Numbered from the stretch's first letter, positions 25,398 to 38,724 are shown. The stretch: 64,000 nt of DNA from Amphiscolops sp. MND2022 (GCA_964187785.1 OZ076413.1:46750001-46814000); one strand, 5' to 3'. Notes: generated from the sequence alone by a model not told the origin. Translations and numbers: made by a program.

Positions 25398-27191
25398 GTT
25401 TTTTGAGATTTTAAGAATGGAGGTGGTGGGTTTAGTATTGCTAGAGTCATCTTGACTCTTAGTCGTTTCCTCTGTTTTGGAATTGTCCAATTTGAGGTTC
25501 TTGGGCTTGAGGTGAGCTCCAGCGCCTTTCCAACATCGTTCCGCCGGGTGATTTGTTTTGTCGCAAGTTGGACATTTTGGATATTCTTTCTTGGTATCCT
25601 GCCCTTCATTGCGGCGTTGTTCCTCCTTTCTTTTGAGTTTGCGGCAGTCATCTTTGACGTGCCCAGGTTTTTTGCAATAATTGCAAGTAATGTTTGGGTC
25701 AATGCCGGATGAGAGGAGGCCAGTACCCGGTCGTGTTGCTGTCGGGGCTGTGGACATTGTGGGGACGTGAATGTCGTCGCCCTCCTCAAGTCCATTCAAC
25801 TCCAATTCTCGTTCAAGGTGTGTGACAATCTCTTCGTAGGCCGCATTTTCAAGCCGGGCCATATTAACCGAACGTTTCAGTTTGGGTGGCAATTTAGCGT
25901 ATAACAGACTGTCAATCATCGCCTGAGCGTGTTCTCCAAAGGCTTTTTCAGCACCTTGGTTAAGTTCTTCGAAAAAATCAGGTAATTTCATAGTATTCGG
26001 ATCAAATACCAATTTATGCCATTTGTGTTTTGCAGTTGCCTGGGACTCAGGTTTGACATATTTCCTACGGAAGATCGCTAGTATATCTTCCAAAGTTTGT
26101 CTATTGGCAGAGTTGACATTACGAAAGGTCTGTAGCGCATTTTTGCGCAACAGCGAATGAAAATGATTGATTTTCATTGTTTCCGTCATGTCCGGTTGCA
26201 TCTTTATCATCGTGTGAAAAAGATCTTCGAACAGTTCAAACTTTTCGGATTTACCATCGAATATTAATGTGGTCGTATTGACTGGTCGTACCATCAGTGT
26301 CTGGGCTGACGGTTTGTTATTTATTCCCATAATAACATCTGCAAGTCTATTGATGGGATCCATTGGTGCTTCAAAGGGCACGTCCCTGTTGTTAGTAGGG
26401 ACTGTTGGTATTTGTGCAGGGATGGTTGTATCGCGCGTGTCATCGGTGACACACTGTTGATGGGGAGTTTTATTTTGAGAATGCATGGGCCGTTCGGTTA
26501 GAAATTCAGGGACCATTTGAGGGGTAAGGTTGGCTCCTGTCACCATGTCATAACCATATTCATCGTCACTAACTTGAGAATCACCTGAATTCTCTCTGCG
26601 ATGATTTGTTTGGTTATTTTTGATTGAAATTAACCTCGGAAACTCATTCTGAGCATCCTGGTACGATTTACTGGTATTTTCCGGATGCAGTCTATTTGAC
26701 CGAAGGTCCTTCTGAGAATTTCCTGGGGCGGCAGTATCTTCATGCAGTCCATCTGACCGAAGGTCTAAACTTGTGTTTTTCGCTGAATTCTGTCTCCTAA
26801 CAGCATTTTTGTTGCTGGGAAGCACCCTAGTGTCAATCGCAGTGTTTATAACATCCAATATCTGAGAACTTAGACTAGTTTGCATTTCCTGAAACTTCCT
26901 TGACATCTGTGATGAAATTTCAGAACTAATAACTCTACTAGTTTCAATGGTCAAACAACTATTTTCACTTGGATTGTTATTCAGAAAGGTTTGATAGTCT
27001 TCCACATTTCGATCCTGGCCTTCCCGTTCATCAGACCTTTGGTCTAATGTATTTTCATTATTCTCACCTCGGAATTCATTATTCTCTCTCTGATAACTTC
27101 CTAACATTACATCTAGATTTTCTATATCAGACATTACGTCAGACTGTCTAGAACGTTTCTCTCTTGCTTTCTGCTTTCTAGTTGAAGGCAT
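25395..27191 (-). CDS. gag: Gag with long N-terminal extension encoded in the LTR
   Basis: Open frame from ATG 27191. Capsid-like region (FDGKSEKFELFEDLF...). Two CX2CX4HX4C knuckles (CNYCKKPGHVKDDC, CPTCDKTNHPAERC). Confidence 0.9.
   Translation of the reverse strand: MPSTRKQKAREKRSRQSDVMSDIENLDVMLGSYQRENNEFRGENNENTLDQRSDEREGQDRNVEDYQTFLNNNPSENSCLTIETSRVISSEISSQMSRKFQEMQTSLSSQILDVINTAIDTRVLPSNKNAVRRQNSAKNTSLDLRSDGLHEDTAAPGNSQKDLRSNRLHPENTSKSYQDAQNEFPRLISIKNNQTNHRRENSGDSQVSDDEYGYDMVTGANLTPQMVPEFLTERPMHSQNKTPHQQCVTDDTRDTTIPAQIPTVPTNNRDVPFEAPMDPINRLADVIMGINNKPSAQTLMVRPVNTTTLIFDGKSEKFELFEDLFHTMIKMQPDMTETMKINHFHSLLRKNALQTFRNVNSANRQTLEDILAIFRRKYVKPESQATAKHKWHKLVFDPNTMKLPDFFEELNQGAEKAFGEHAQAMIDSLLYAKLPPKLKRSVNMARLENAAYEEIVTHLERELELNGLEEGDDIHVPTMSTAPTATRPGTGLLSSGIDPNITCNYCKKPGHVKDDCRKLKRKEEQRRNEGQDTKKEYPKCPTCDKTNHPAERCWKGAGAHLKPKNLKLDNSKTEETTKSQDDSSNTKPTTSILKISKN
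26534..26545 (-). promoter_or_regulatory. Primer-binding site (tRNA-Leu-like, tentative)
   Basis: TGGTGACAGGAG abuts the 5' LTR. TGG complements tRNA CCA. As recalled, it is one mismatch from the Leu-type PBS TGGTGTCAGGAG. Confidence 0.75.
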
Positions 27192-28094
27192 TTTCAAGAA
27201 ATGGATTTGGTTTCAACAGTGAATTAATTAACAGTAACAAATTGAACAGTTTTGTATCGTAGCGTTCTCAATCAATGAATGAATCCTTTTACTACAAGTT
27301 CCGCGTATATATAGTTTATACTGCATGACACGCAATATTTTGCGTGTCAGGAACTAAATTTAGGGTGATATCATTCTAAATATAGCCCCGGTTTCATTAT
27401 TAGGTCACTAGTTCTAAAAATAGACTGGAGGTTTTGACATTACGTCACACAAATGAAGAGATATAAATAGCATCAAACAAACAATGGGTATCTTTACATG
27501 TATTCAAATTCAGGTTAAAAACAACCTTTCATGCATTGGTAACATCAATACTCAATGAAATTCCAAATTTGACCATGCGTCAGCATGACTGCAATGATAG
27601 ACTGGTGCTTCACTCTGATTGGTCAACAAGTACTTCCGACCACACGTCAATTTGACTGCAGTAGAGTACTAGTTAATTAACTGCTCAGAAAAGTGTCTTA
27701 AAGTACTCTTTAAACATCGTTTAACAGCAGTTGAGTTAATTTGCTAAGTGTTGCATCGTTAACTAAGTGATGTACTTTAGGTACAGACTAATTGTAAGTA
27801 ATTTCATCAATGGGAAATTCTAAATAGTAACAAATCAATAATAGCAATTGAATAAATGTACTGATTGAATGCTGTCAGTTTGACCTTAGGTCTAAATAGT
27901 AGCATAGAAATTACATGTTTAGCGCTAATACTTCGGTCGTTACATGTAAGAAACTAATATTAAACTATCAGAATAAATGCTAAAGTTTGTTTCAGAGTTT
28001 GTTTAGATAGGTAGTACACCGGGTGCTGGTAGTGTCTCATTACCTTCTGGCATCATTTGGTATAGGACGCCGTCACAAGCGGCAGCTTGCGACA
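26546..28094 (-). repeat. 5' LTR (1,549 bp)
   Basis: Minus strand reads TGTCGC...ATGACA, followed directly by TGGTGACAGGAG (PBS). About a dozen substitutions versus the other LTR by eye; same length. Confidence 0.95.
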
Positions 28095-31000
28095 CTTGTG
28101 TTGAGTTTTCCGTACCCCATATGAAAACAAGCAGGGAACGGTCCAAATCGGCGCCTCGTTTAAGATTCAAAAAAGTAGTCTTCTGAATATGCTCGAGGAA
28201 AATCATCGAGAAAACTTTTAAAGCGCTAGGACCAAATTTTTGACTTAATATCCGATTCATACGACTATGTATTCGTTATATCCAAAAACGCAAATGCAAT
28301 TACTATGATCCCATTGGAAAAGATGAACAATTCGGTATTAGCTAGATTCTTTTATCAAAGTTTCCACCAGATAAGGGGAAAAAACCGGAAAAACAACAAA
28401 ATCCAATTTTTCTAACCTCATAGCCAAATTTTTCAACTATATTTTTGAATATCCGAATAGAGTAAAAGCAATTTCAAGATTATATTTGAAATTATAAACA
28501 CCTCGGAATCTTGCCTGGCAAGGGACAAAAAAAGGGGAAAAGATTTATGAAATCATTTTATTCATGTTTTGTTCAAAAATGTTATTCCTGAAGTTCTATT
28601 TGAGAGCAAAGAAAGTGACCTCAAGTGGAGTTCAAACCGCTTCGAACTCGAGTAATTCAATCTCTAACCACTAAGCTATCGAGATTCTTACTGGGTTCTC
28701 GAGGTTCTTATCGAGGTTCAGTGAAACCTAGACGTAGAGAAAGTGGCCTAAGAGTGACAGCTGGAGAAAAAAATTGTCACTGTTTAGACTTATGTCGAAG
28801 AGCGTTCGACTTATAACGGGGCGGTATCAGGTTATTTGTCATGACAAAAAAGAAAGCAGAGAAGTGCAGCTTTTTCAAAAGCCAAAAACATGAATCAAAA
28901 ATTGTATCCGAGAAAGTACACCAGAACCATAAAATCTCATCATTGACAGCCATGGAGGAGACACAGTGTGGATATCGTCGAAATTAACTAAATTGCTGAA
29001 AAAAACTTTGCTCGTTTTGCTTCCCTTAACCGGGATCCTTTTTCGGAGTTTTATGAGAAAGAAAATACAATGTAAAGAAAGTTACATATTACCAACACAA
29101 TTCGGACACATCTCTTTCTTTAGTTGGATCTTGTAGGCAGAACGTGGCGTCTCAAACTAACCAAGATCTAATTTTTTTTAGAACTCGGAATACCACTTTT
29201 TCGTAAGCAAAATTGAGAAAAAAAACATTCTGACATGTGATATGCATCGGCGGTTTTATTTCAACTAGGGGTTCCTTTTGTGTATTCCCACTGTTTTCAC
29301 TTCGCGAAAGTCGTTAAGCGAGCCTAGAAGGTCGATCCCATCTTTAAGTTTTTCGGCAATGTGCGATTTTTTTCGGGAAAATGTTTGAAAAAAACTTTTT
29401 TCACCAAGTTGTTATTTATGGATGATTTAAGACAGAGAAAAGCGTTCTTCGATGCCACAGAGTGCACCTTTGGATTTTTTAATTCTTTATACTGTGAGCA
29501 TATTTGAGACTTTGAGCTTCCTGAAACTTTGAAAATCAAAACTGTAGAAATTTTTGAGAGCCATAAGTCTCCTTCTTGAGACAAAGTTGAAGAAAATAAT
29601 TCCGAACAATGAATAAGCGGCACTTTATTTATCCATGAACAGAAGATATTTGTCCTAAGAGTCTGTTTAGTCTCCCTTTTTGGGGCAAAGCTTTAAAAAA
29701 TGTTGAAACATTTGTTTTCCTTGCAAGTTTTGAAAATTTTACTCGGAAAATCTTCGGACCATACATCTTTACAGTAGGTTTCAGTTAAGTAGAGGGTTTT
29801 CAGAGGGATTTGTATGGCAAGGATTCGTTGCAATTCCATTCTGGCTGAAAAGATGTTTGTTTCTTAGAAGCATCTTGTAAAAGGAGGCGAAAATTATCGC
29901 AGTATCACTGAGCCTTTTGATTTTTTTAGATCAGTCGCTGTACATTCAGACATCATCAAATATCTGGAACATGTTTCTCAGCACCAGTGGTCTATCATTT
30001 TACTTGGTGAATTTACCTTGGCATGTTCGAATCGGACAAAAAAAAAGAAAATTACAATCGAAAACGCAGGTTTTGAAATTATATATTTATTCCCTTCAGG
30101 GAATGGCAAGCCTACCCATAGGCTCAAAATTTACATTACGATGGAATATATATAAGACTCCTTTCGAAAGCACACCAACTTTCTTTGCGTTTTGCTAGAA
30201 ATGTCCAAAGGTATTCCCCATATTCATTGAACTTAAGTACTGAAGAACTCTTTACAAAGTAAAAATTTTTTGAATGTGAACGTTTGAGGAAAAATTCCAT
30301 GTAGTGCGATTTTGGAGACTATCTATGTATATAAGACTCGAGAGTGAACGGTGAAGCATAGAAACAAGCAATCGACATAGGATACAAGAGCTGATTTCGA
30401 CAACCACGGCGCCAGGTAGTCTTTTAACATTGCGGAATATTGTTTCCAAAAGCTAGCTTTCCTTCAAAGTTTACGCATAATTTAACCTACACGGTTCTTG
30501 GAAGAATGAATTGGATAACATTATTGCCATGCCAGTTACAGCAGGAATTTCACTTCAAAGTTGATGCTAGCGGTCAAATTAACGCACCTGTCGACCTTTT
30601 CCTTAAATTTCAAGGAATAATAATTCCGATTGATAAGATTTGAAATGATAAACCAAATATTTGTTCTTTTTTGAGAACTTCTTATGAACTAAGACCAAAT
30701 TAGTTCAAAGAAGTAAAACATGATTGATTTAACTTTTTTTCTTCTGCGATGCAATCAGCTATTGAATCTGTTCTATTTTTATTCAATTAAGTCCTCAAGT
30801 ACTTTTTGTAAACTTTTTCACTAAGTTAATTATACGCTGTGGCGACAGCAGATTCCCAAATGACAGAAAATCGAAGCAATAACTTCAGAAATAGTCACAG
30901 AAAACAAGGCAGCTCAACTTCAGAAGTATCATTATTTAATGCCGGCGCCGAGTGAATTGACTACCAGGTTAATTAGCTTTTTCCATGCTTTAGAAACAAA

Positions 31001-33699
31001 TAGCATATCAGTGATCTTTTGTCTTTCAAAAGACATGTACGACATCTCGCTTTTCAATCTAGAATTCATCGTTCCTCATACTATCATCATATTTGAAACA
31101 TGATGACCATAGTTTGATCATACTATAAAACATCGTCGCCATGGGACGGTCTTGGCATGATCATAGCCTGGTGAGCATGTTTGGTCAACCTGGGTTAATA
31201 GTTATTTCTTGATGTCTTGACAACGTTTCAATTTAGTTTAGAAACATATTCATCAAAAAGCTTTCTAGTATTGTACACTGGTGATCCCAAATATCGCAAC
31301 GTTCTAGCCTTTCAAATTCAAGTTTCAAACCAAAAAAGAGAATGTGAAAAACCATAATTTAGAAACATTTCTTTGCAATTAGGTCCAAATCACAAAAGCA
31401 AAGAAATTGTAAGTTTGATAATTTCAAAACTTTAATTAAGAAAACGTGTGGATGACAATATTTTCCAAGACGCATTGGGATATTTTCATCCTTTAGGTAC
31501 TACAATTTTTGGAAAAGCTCGAGCGTGACCAGTCACATGTAAACAGCAGAAATCAAAACTTACGCAAAACATCAAAGTTTGGCATTTTTGACTTTTTTAC
31601 TTGGAACTTTTCAATTCAGGCTCTATAAAAAATTCATTTCACTCAATTTTTCTTTTCATAAAAACGTGCTTGGTCATAAAAAGGTGCTGCGGTAGCCTAA
31701 GATGCTAATTTTTTTCTCTTCAACTCGCTGGATCTTCATACCTATGCAAACATCCAAAGTTGTACAAAACTGCAAAAAAATGTTCGATAGTTTTATAGTT
31801 CATTTAGACTTTGTTCGGTTATTTATTTACCCGCCAAAAAGTCGACTAAGTCGTCAAAATTTTCAGCTTTTACTATTGTAGATTTTCATACTCACGGAAA
31901 CATCCAAAACCTACATGGAAAATTCAAGAAAAAGTCAAAAAATGAAATATTAGAAACTTTTTGGTACGTTTAACGCTATTTTTTATCGAGCAAAAACTGA
32001 ATTTTCCTCTGAAACAGTGGAGATATGGAGAAAAAGCAATCAAACAAAAACGCGTGGCGTATTTACTCTTTGATAGTTTGTATTTCTAGTGGTCACTACC
32101 TTTTGGGCACTATTCGCTGAATGATCCTCAGTTCGGTTTTTCCCAGTATTTTAAAAACTGCTTATATTCTCCTTTTTGCTGCCATTTAATCGCCATTTAT
32201 CCTCATAAGCGCGAAATCGTTGAGAAAACATAAATGGCAATAATTCAAAGAACTTTCGTCTGTGGTAATATGAAGAGTAAAGAAACTGTGTAAATGCCTA
32301 TTCATTTTGACTATTTTGTGAAAACTTTTTCACTGTTTGAATGCTGCAGTACTCAGTTTTCATTTGAACTTTCGTAGAATATCCAAAAGAACAGTCGAAA
32401 CTTTTTGCAATAGAAAAACATTATCAGAGCCTAATGAAAGTACATTGGATTTCGTGACTTCTAATTAATTTGGCTGCATAACCTTAACTTCCATCTAATT
32501 ATCAAAACTAATTAACCTAATTAACATACCTTTGTGTTGTGGCCGCAGATGTTTGTTATATAACTCTGGTAAAGCCAAATCTTGATTGAAAGCCCGTGTG
32601 AGCCAAGCCTCGCTATCGGTTTGCACTCCCCCCGTAACCCAAAGTAAAACTGGAATGAGTCGAATAAGACAAAATTTATCCCAGCAGTTGATCTTTTGCA
32701 AATCGGCGTCCATTCCTATGCTTGCTGATTTTAGAAATTTCTACGGGGGAAATAGAATAAATAAAGAATGAGCCGAATACTCGAGTTTTCCTGCTGAAAA
32801 GAGGAGAGCTGAGGTTTTCCAACTGAGGTTTTGAGCAGGGCTGAATGGTGCTTAAAACTGGGAAAGGAGGAACTTGAAAATAAAGAAAACAAGGACGTGT
32901 TCTGGAGCCGCGGAATTATAAACAAACAACCAAGCGTTTTGTGGAAAGTTGAGAGTGATAAAAAAAGATCCACAAAATTACATTTTCACAAAAAAGTGCA
33001 TTTTTTCGGGAACTGGGATTTTTTCAGCCGCCTGTGAAATGAATAATGAAACTGCTGGAAGTCATGATTGCTATCAGAGTGAATTCATATGTTTTTTTCC
33101 AATAAAAAATTGAATCAATTTGAACAGAGAAAAATCAAGAACGGCGTCAAAATGACTTGCGTAAACAGTGTGTGTTTCGTTTCTCGTTTCCGATTGGCTG
33201 AATTTTTATGAAGGATAGAATCGAAATAAATGGATAAATTGTCCGGGAGTTGAGGCCATTATTTTCCTCCTTTTGCGACTGCCACCAAATTAAAGTAGAA
33301 GAATACAGTAGTTGGGGAATAGCGCTAAGTAGTGCGGTTATATTTTACTATTTACTCGCCTGTGGTTGATAGGGTGCAAACAAATGTTATATATGTATAA
33401 ATTGAATATATTGAAAGTTCGAGAAATATACAAGAAAGTATTCAATAACTGCACCAATCTTGATACCTGTGAATGGGCGCTAGATTGTATACAGGTGTTT
33501 TCCCTTTCAACCATCCCTCCGTTTCAATGCATTCTCAGCCTCTTTTATTTTGCATGCATTTTTCATGCTATTGTGATCAATTTTTCACAGTTTTGTGAAA
33601 TTTTGTTCATTTTATATGAATCCTGAATATTATTTAGTGCCTTTCAAAGCCTCAGAACAAATTGAAACTAAACAATGCCGAATTTTTATTGCAATCAAT

Positions 33700-34760
33700 G
33701 TCTGAGAATGTTTACAAATCTAAGTAAAATACACTAGATTACCAATAATCAAACGGCACCTATTTTAGCAAATGGCATACCAGCCCAAAATTTCAAAGCT
33801 CATTTATATCTTGGATATACAATTCAGGAATAGGTCTCAGTACCAGAAGTTTCACTGAATGTGGCTCGATTAAACTCATACACAAAATGAGTGTCACTTT
33901 GTGTAGTTGGATATTCTGGAACTTTTCTGTGCCCTACCTGCGAAAACGTCATAAAGGGGAATTCCAGGAACAATTTCTGTAGGCTAGACTCTTTTTTTTT
34001 TGTTTAAACAGCTCTTTTGGTATTGACATTTTCTATCCCAAGTCGCCAGACAGAAACTACCAGCTCAAGGAAGCTCGGATTTCGTGAGCTTAAAAGACAT
34101 ACAGTCAATATGAACCAAGTATATGCGAATTTGAAAAAGCATCGTTGTATGGCCACTCAAGGAGTTCTGCACGGTAAAAGACTCTCCTACCTTAACTATT
34201 CCTAGGTGCTGAACTATTCTAGTGCCTCCCTTCCCATGATTGGCTAAATCCTTATCGAGGCGTTCCACGAGGGACAAGTTTTGGTCTTTCGATCAGTTAT
34301 TCTTACCTCAATTCGATGCATCTGCATTTAAAAGACTCAGGGGAATTTATGACAATAATTTCGTATTCGTTGCCAATGGGTATGATACAAGGTAGAACAA
34401 TCCTCCTGGAACCTACTATCAAAAACTAATTGACTTTCTCTGAAAGCCATCGAACAAATATAAAAGTTGCTAAAAACTAATGAACTAATTTGTCATCTTC
34501 CCGAAAACGTCAACGATATGAAAAATTATGGAGTGACTGAGTCCCTGAAATATTTGAGAATTTATTTTGACGAAAATTTGAACTATCAAGATGATGTTAA
34601 AAACATTATGAACACGATGGAATGTGGCATAAAAACGAAAAATTTGATTAGAGATCTTACTCCGAAGGGAATAATAATTTTGCATTTTTATGCTGTGCTA
34701 AAGTAAACTTCAGTCAGTCCCACCCAATGAAGTTGATCAAAATTTACAAATCACTCTTGA
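33700..34760 (+). pseudogene. Decayed non-LTR (CR1/L2-like) RT fragment
   Basis: Eroded motifs GVLHG (cf. GVPQG) and KYLRIYFDENLNY (cf. KYLGI.FD..L.W) in broken frames. Boundaries approximate. Confidence 0.5.
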
Positions 34761-36639
34761 AAAACATGAAGGGACTGCCTGAAGTCGACCATCAGCTTCA
34801 GAAGCGCTAAGTCATTATTCAATTAATGCTCAGCGATGGCATTTGAAAACGTTTTGAAAAAAGTCTGTGCGGAAAATAACCGGTTTTTCATATCTTGCAA
34901 CATCAAAAACCCAATTTTTTTCTATCCACCAAAGATCAGACCCTTCAAGTTCGAAAAATTCCTGACTGAAAAAAATATTTATAATAAAAAGAGGACCCTT
35001 TGATGACACAAATAAAAAGAGGACCCTTTGATGACACAAAGCCTTTCTCTTGAGTGAAAACAAAAAAAAACATTCATAGAAACAAATTCAAAAACTTCAC
35101 AGAAGTCGCACAGACCCTTTGTTTTTGTGTAGCCTTGTAAAATGGTCCGAGATTCATCGTAGACTTGCTACACAACGGTGTGAACCCACTAACGATTTCG
35201 AACAAAAGGAATAAAAAATGGACCATCCGATTAAAATCTAGAAAAGAACGTCCAAAGTTGGCAACCGGCTGAGGATTCAAAAAGCGGAAAGTCTTTTACA
35301 TTTGATCAGGGTGGAAAAAATCAAGGGGCCCATTGATCCCGTCTAGAGTTCAAAGCGTGAAATGATTTTTTTAGATATTTTGTTTAAGAAGCAACGTCCT
35401 TACCACTGGGCCAAGTGGCTCGAACTTGCCGCAAAAGTCTGTTCACAAAGTGGACCATTCAAGGTGATCTCTGTGCTTTGGAGAAAAACAAGACTGGTAT
35501 TAGACACTGTACTAGTTAGAACATTTTATGAAATACGCGGACCAAAAACTAATATTTGTCAGTTTGATATTTTTAGAAAACGTAAACTAAAAAGGAACAA
35601 AAACTTCAACGATCACGTTCTATTTGAGAGCTGGAAAATTTTCTGACACTGTCTTCTTTCAAAAAATGTTTGAAATCAGTACTAACTCCACCGATGGACC
35701 CCCTTTTCGGCCTTGCAGTTTAACTCGGATTTCCTTGAGAAGCTAAAGCACGGTTCGGCTCCAGCGCTAAACCAAATTTTTAACGCTTGCAAAGGCAGAG
35801 GAAACAGCAAAAGGTGCCCTTCAGAGTTATGTTGCCACCTCGCAACTTTTTGGTGAATTTTTACAAACCAAAATCCCTCCTTCAGTTATCAGCACAAACA
35901 AAGCATTTGCAAGCATGGAGGACAACCGTACACTTTTTAGACACCGTGCGACCCAACAAAAAACTTTTAAAAAGTTTGTTTTGCACACACTTTTTATGCT
36001 TCTTCAGGCTTTTGTAAAAGTGTTTGAGGTGTTTTGGTACTTTTTTGGTTCTGTGGAACAAATGTTGGGTTTCCTAATAAATGTTGAAAAGACCCACAGT
36101 TTTTTTGGCACTTCCGAAAAATGTTTCATTCTGTAAAAGAATACCCTTTCCATTTGTTGAGGAAACTTTACGAAAACTCTTGACGAAATTCAACAGCTAA
36201 AGACTTTTACTTATATTACTAATAGCTCAAACTTAAGACGAAACAAACTTACCCGAGGTACATCAAAAAATATATTGATAGAAAATAAAGTTTGATGCTA
36301 CTTTAGTTGGTTTATTTACTGGTGTTTAACACTCAATATTGAATGTCCAAAGTACTAACAAACATAACCCATTGGGTCGCGAAACTCTCAGACGACTTTA
36401 TACATCGCAGATTTATAATCTTAGAGTGACATTTCCAGTTCAAGTGCCTTTCAGTAGTTCAAGAACATGTGAAATCAAATGTTATTTCCTTCCCTTCGCA
36501 TGTCGATCACCTTTCTGATAAACATCAAGTTTGCATTTCTGACTATATATACCCGGTGCTTTTCTCTCAATTTCACAACTCATGTTGTCAAATCAAGCTC
36601 TTTATAAAGACTTTTTGATAAACTTTCTCTTGCTAATAA

Positions 36640-38724
36640 AGTCAGGAAAACCCATCCTCCTCAAAATGTCAGGGAAGTCGAACAGTTTGGGGATTGTTCA
36701 ACTTCCATGACCGGTTCATCCCGAACATCTTTTCGAAAAATGCCCCAATGTCGGATATGAGGAAGAAATGGGAGGCTGAGTTACAGTGGACGTCAACGTG
36801 CATTCGAAAAGCTAAAGTCTGAGTTAGCATCGAAACTCATCGCTCAGTCCTTTTCTCTGAAAAAGCAAGTAACGATAACTAGGAATGCGTCCGAGAAAAC
36901 TATTGGCGGAGTCTTATCTCAGCAAGGGCCTCCTGTAAACGATGTATCAAAGACAGTGTCTCAAGCTGAGCAAAGGTACTCTAACATTGAGCGTGAAGCT
37001 CGAACGATTATTTTTGTGGTAGAACGCTTGAAGCTGTTTCTACTTGGCTGGAAATTCAAGCTCAAAATAGATCATCGTCCTATGGAATTCATACTCTGGA
37101 ATTCTCCAAACAAGGAACTCCCAAAAACTGTATCTGCAAGAATAACAAGATGGGCAATTTCGCTTATGGCCTTTGATTGAGATCAAACAGGAAGAAGGTT
37201 CTTCGATTCTTCATGCCGACGCCATGAGTACACTGAATTTCGATTAGGATGACGAATGCAATCTAGTTGACTACTCAAGTTCCAATCTTGATGAATTCTG
37301 TGTTATTTTTGCGGAGCAAAAACTCATTCTACTCGAAGAGTTGAGGAGTGAATGTAAACGCGATGAACTGGTGAAGCAAATTATCAGGCGTGTAAATCAT
37401 GGCAATTGGAAAGCATGTACTCAAGCGGAGAGTTTCATCAAGAAAGTACCTGGCAAACTCACAGTTGAGAACGGCTTGCTGTACAACAGAACTAGACCTT
37501 ACATTCCACCAAGAATGCGGAACATCGTTTTATTGAACCATCTCATGATACACAGCCTGGTGTCCATGCGACAGAGAGCACGGTGAAGCTAATGTATTGG
37601 TGGCCTGGGGACGGAAATGATGTTGAGAAATTCACAAGCGCCTTCTCTGAGTGTGCACAAATCCGACCACGAACTGAAAAATCGGTGAATAAGAAATCGG
37701 TGAATACTTGGCTAGATACTCCGCGATGGGAGGGACGATACATGAATTGGGCTCACATCGAAGAAGTAAGCAACATTCTCATCATTGTCGACGCTGGTTC
37801 TGGTTGGATGCGGCAATCGCCCCACGGAAGAAGTCATACATTGTTTGTCTTGTCAACCGTCTTTGGGAGATTTGAGGTCCCGCATACATTAGTTTTTGAC
37901 AATGCTCAGGATTTTATCAACTATAAAATTGTCACGTGGTTACAGGCTCAAGGTTGCACCAATTTAGAGAGTCCAATCTACAATCCAAGGAGTAATGGAC
38001 TTGCCGAATGGGCTGTGCATACTGTAAAGAAGCAATGAGGACATAAAACTCGTCTCTTCGTGTCACTTTTCTTGCATTTCAGCAACAAGTTCTGTTCGAA
38101 CACTGTAACACTTCTTCCGTGAAAGGAAAGAATCCCTCGGAAAGTCTGCTTGGAATAAAACACGACTCGCTGCTGTCATCAGTTATCCCATCGGTGCGCG
38201 TGTGGTCTTTCGTGCTGGAACTCTCACTGGACCTTTTTTGCGACGTTTCTCGGCAATAATACAGCATGGCTCACGCAGGAAATTTCAGGGGGTCGGAGAG
38301 CACAATTCTAGCAAGTACTAGCCAAATTGCTCCCTTTCCGGCCCAACTACTGTTGCCTCTGATCTAGTGACGGCTAGTTCAACTACAGATGTTCCTTCCA
38401 CCACGGAAGTGGCGGAACAAAATTCGACCAGCGTCTCTAGCAGAGACACATCTTTCATTGTAGAGTCTTCTACTAGACCCAAGGTCCCAAATAAAAGGTC
38501 TGCACGTGTCAGGAGGCCGACTCCGAGATTCAACAAAGACGTTTGCAAGGAGCCATGATAAATCTCGGAAGGGGGATGATGTGCATAGTGATTTTCAAGT
38601 CTCCTTCATTTATTGCTGTTATCGATGTTTGGTTTATTTTAGATGTCGATGTCCCTTTGGTATGTGCCTCTGAGTGAATACTAGCTTTTATTGAAAAGTG
38701 TTTTCATCTGCAGGAAGTACAACA
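36640..38724 (+). mobile_element. 5'-truncated decayed Gypsy element (RH-IN fragments, PPT, probable ~148-bp 3' LTR 38577-38724)
   Basis: YSNIEREA, IDHRP, RITRWAISL, ILIIVDAGSGW, NPRSNGLAE. Purine tract GGAAGGGGGA is followed by TGATGTG...TACAACA. Confidence 0.8.

Larger units (their letters stand above)
11635..28094 (-). mobile_element. Full-length Ty3/Gypsy LTR retrotransposon (16,460 bp) with ~7 kb accessory region
   Basis: Two 1,549-bp direct repeats (11635-13183, 26546-28094) bounded by TGTC...GACA. 5-bp TSD CTTGT at 11630-11634 and 28095-28099. PBS and PPT lie on the minus strand. Domain order is gag-PR-RT-RH-IN. Confidence 0.97.

Noticed and set aside
20239..26460. Short + strand ORFs opposite gag/pol
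   Set aside because: Shadow frames of the coding strand with no motifs.
28625..28684. tRNA gene on the minus strand
   Set aside because: A/B-box-like words are present, but the sequence is too short and does not fold into a cloverleaf; at most a SINE remnant.
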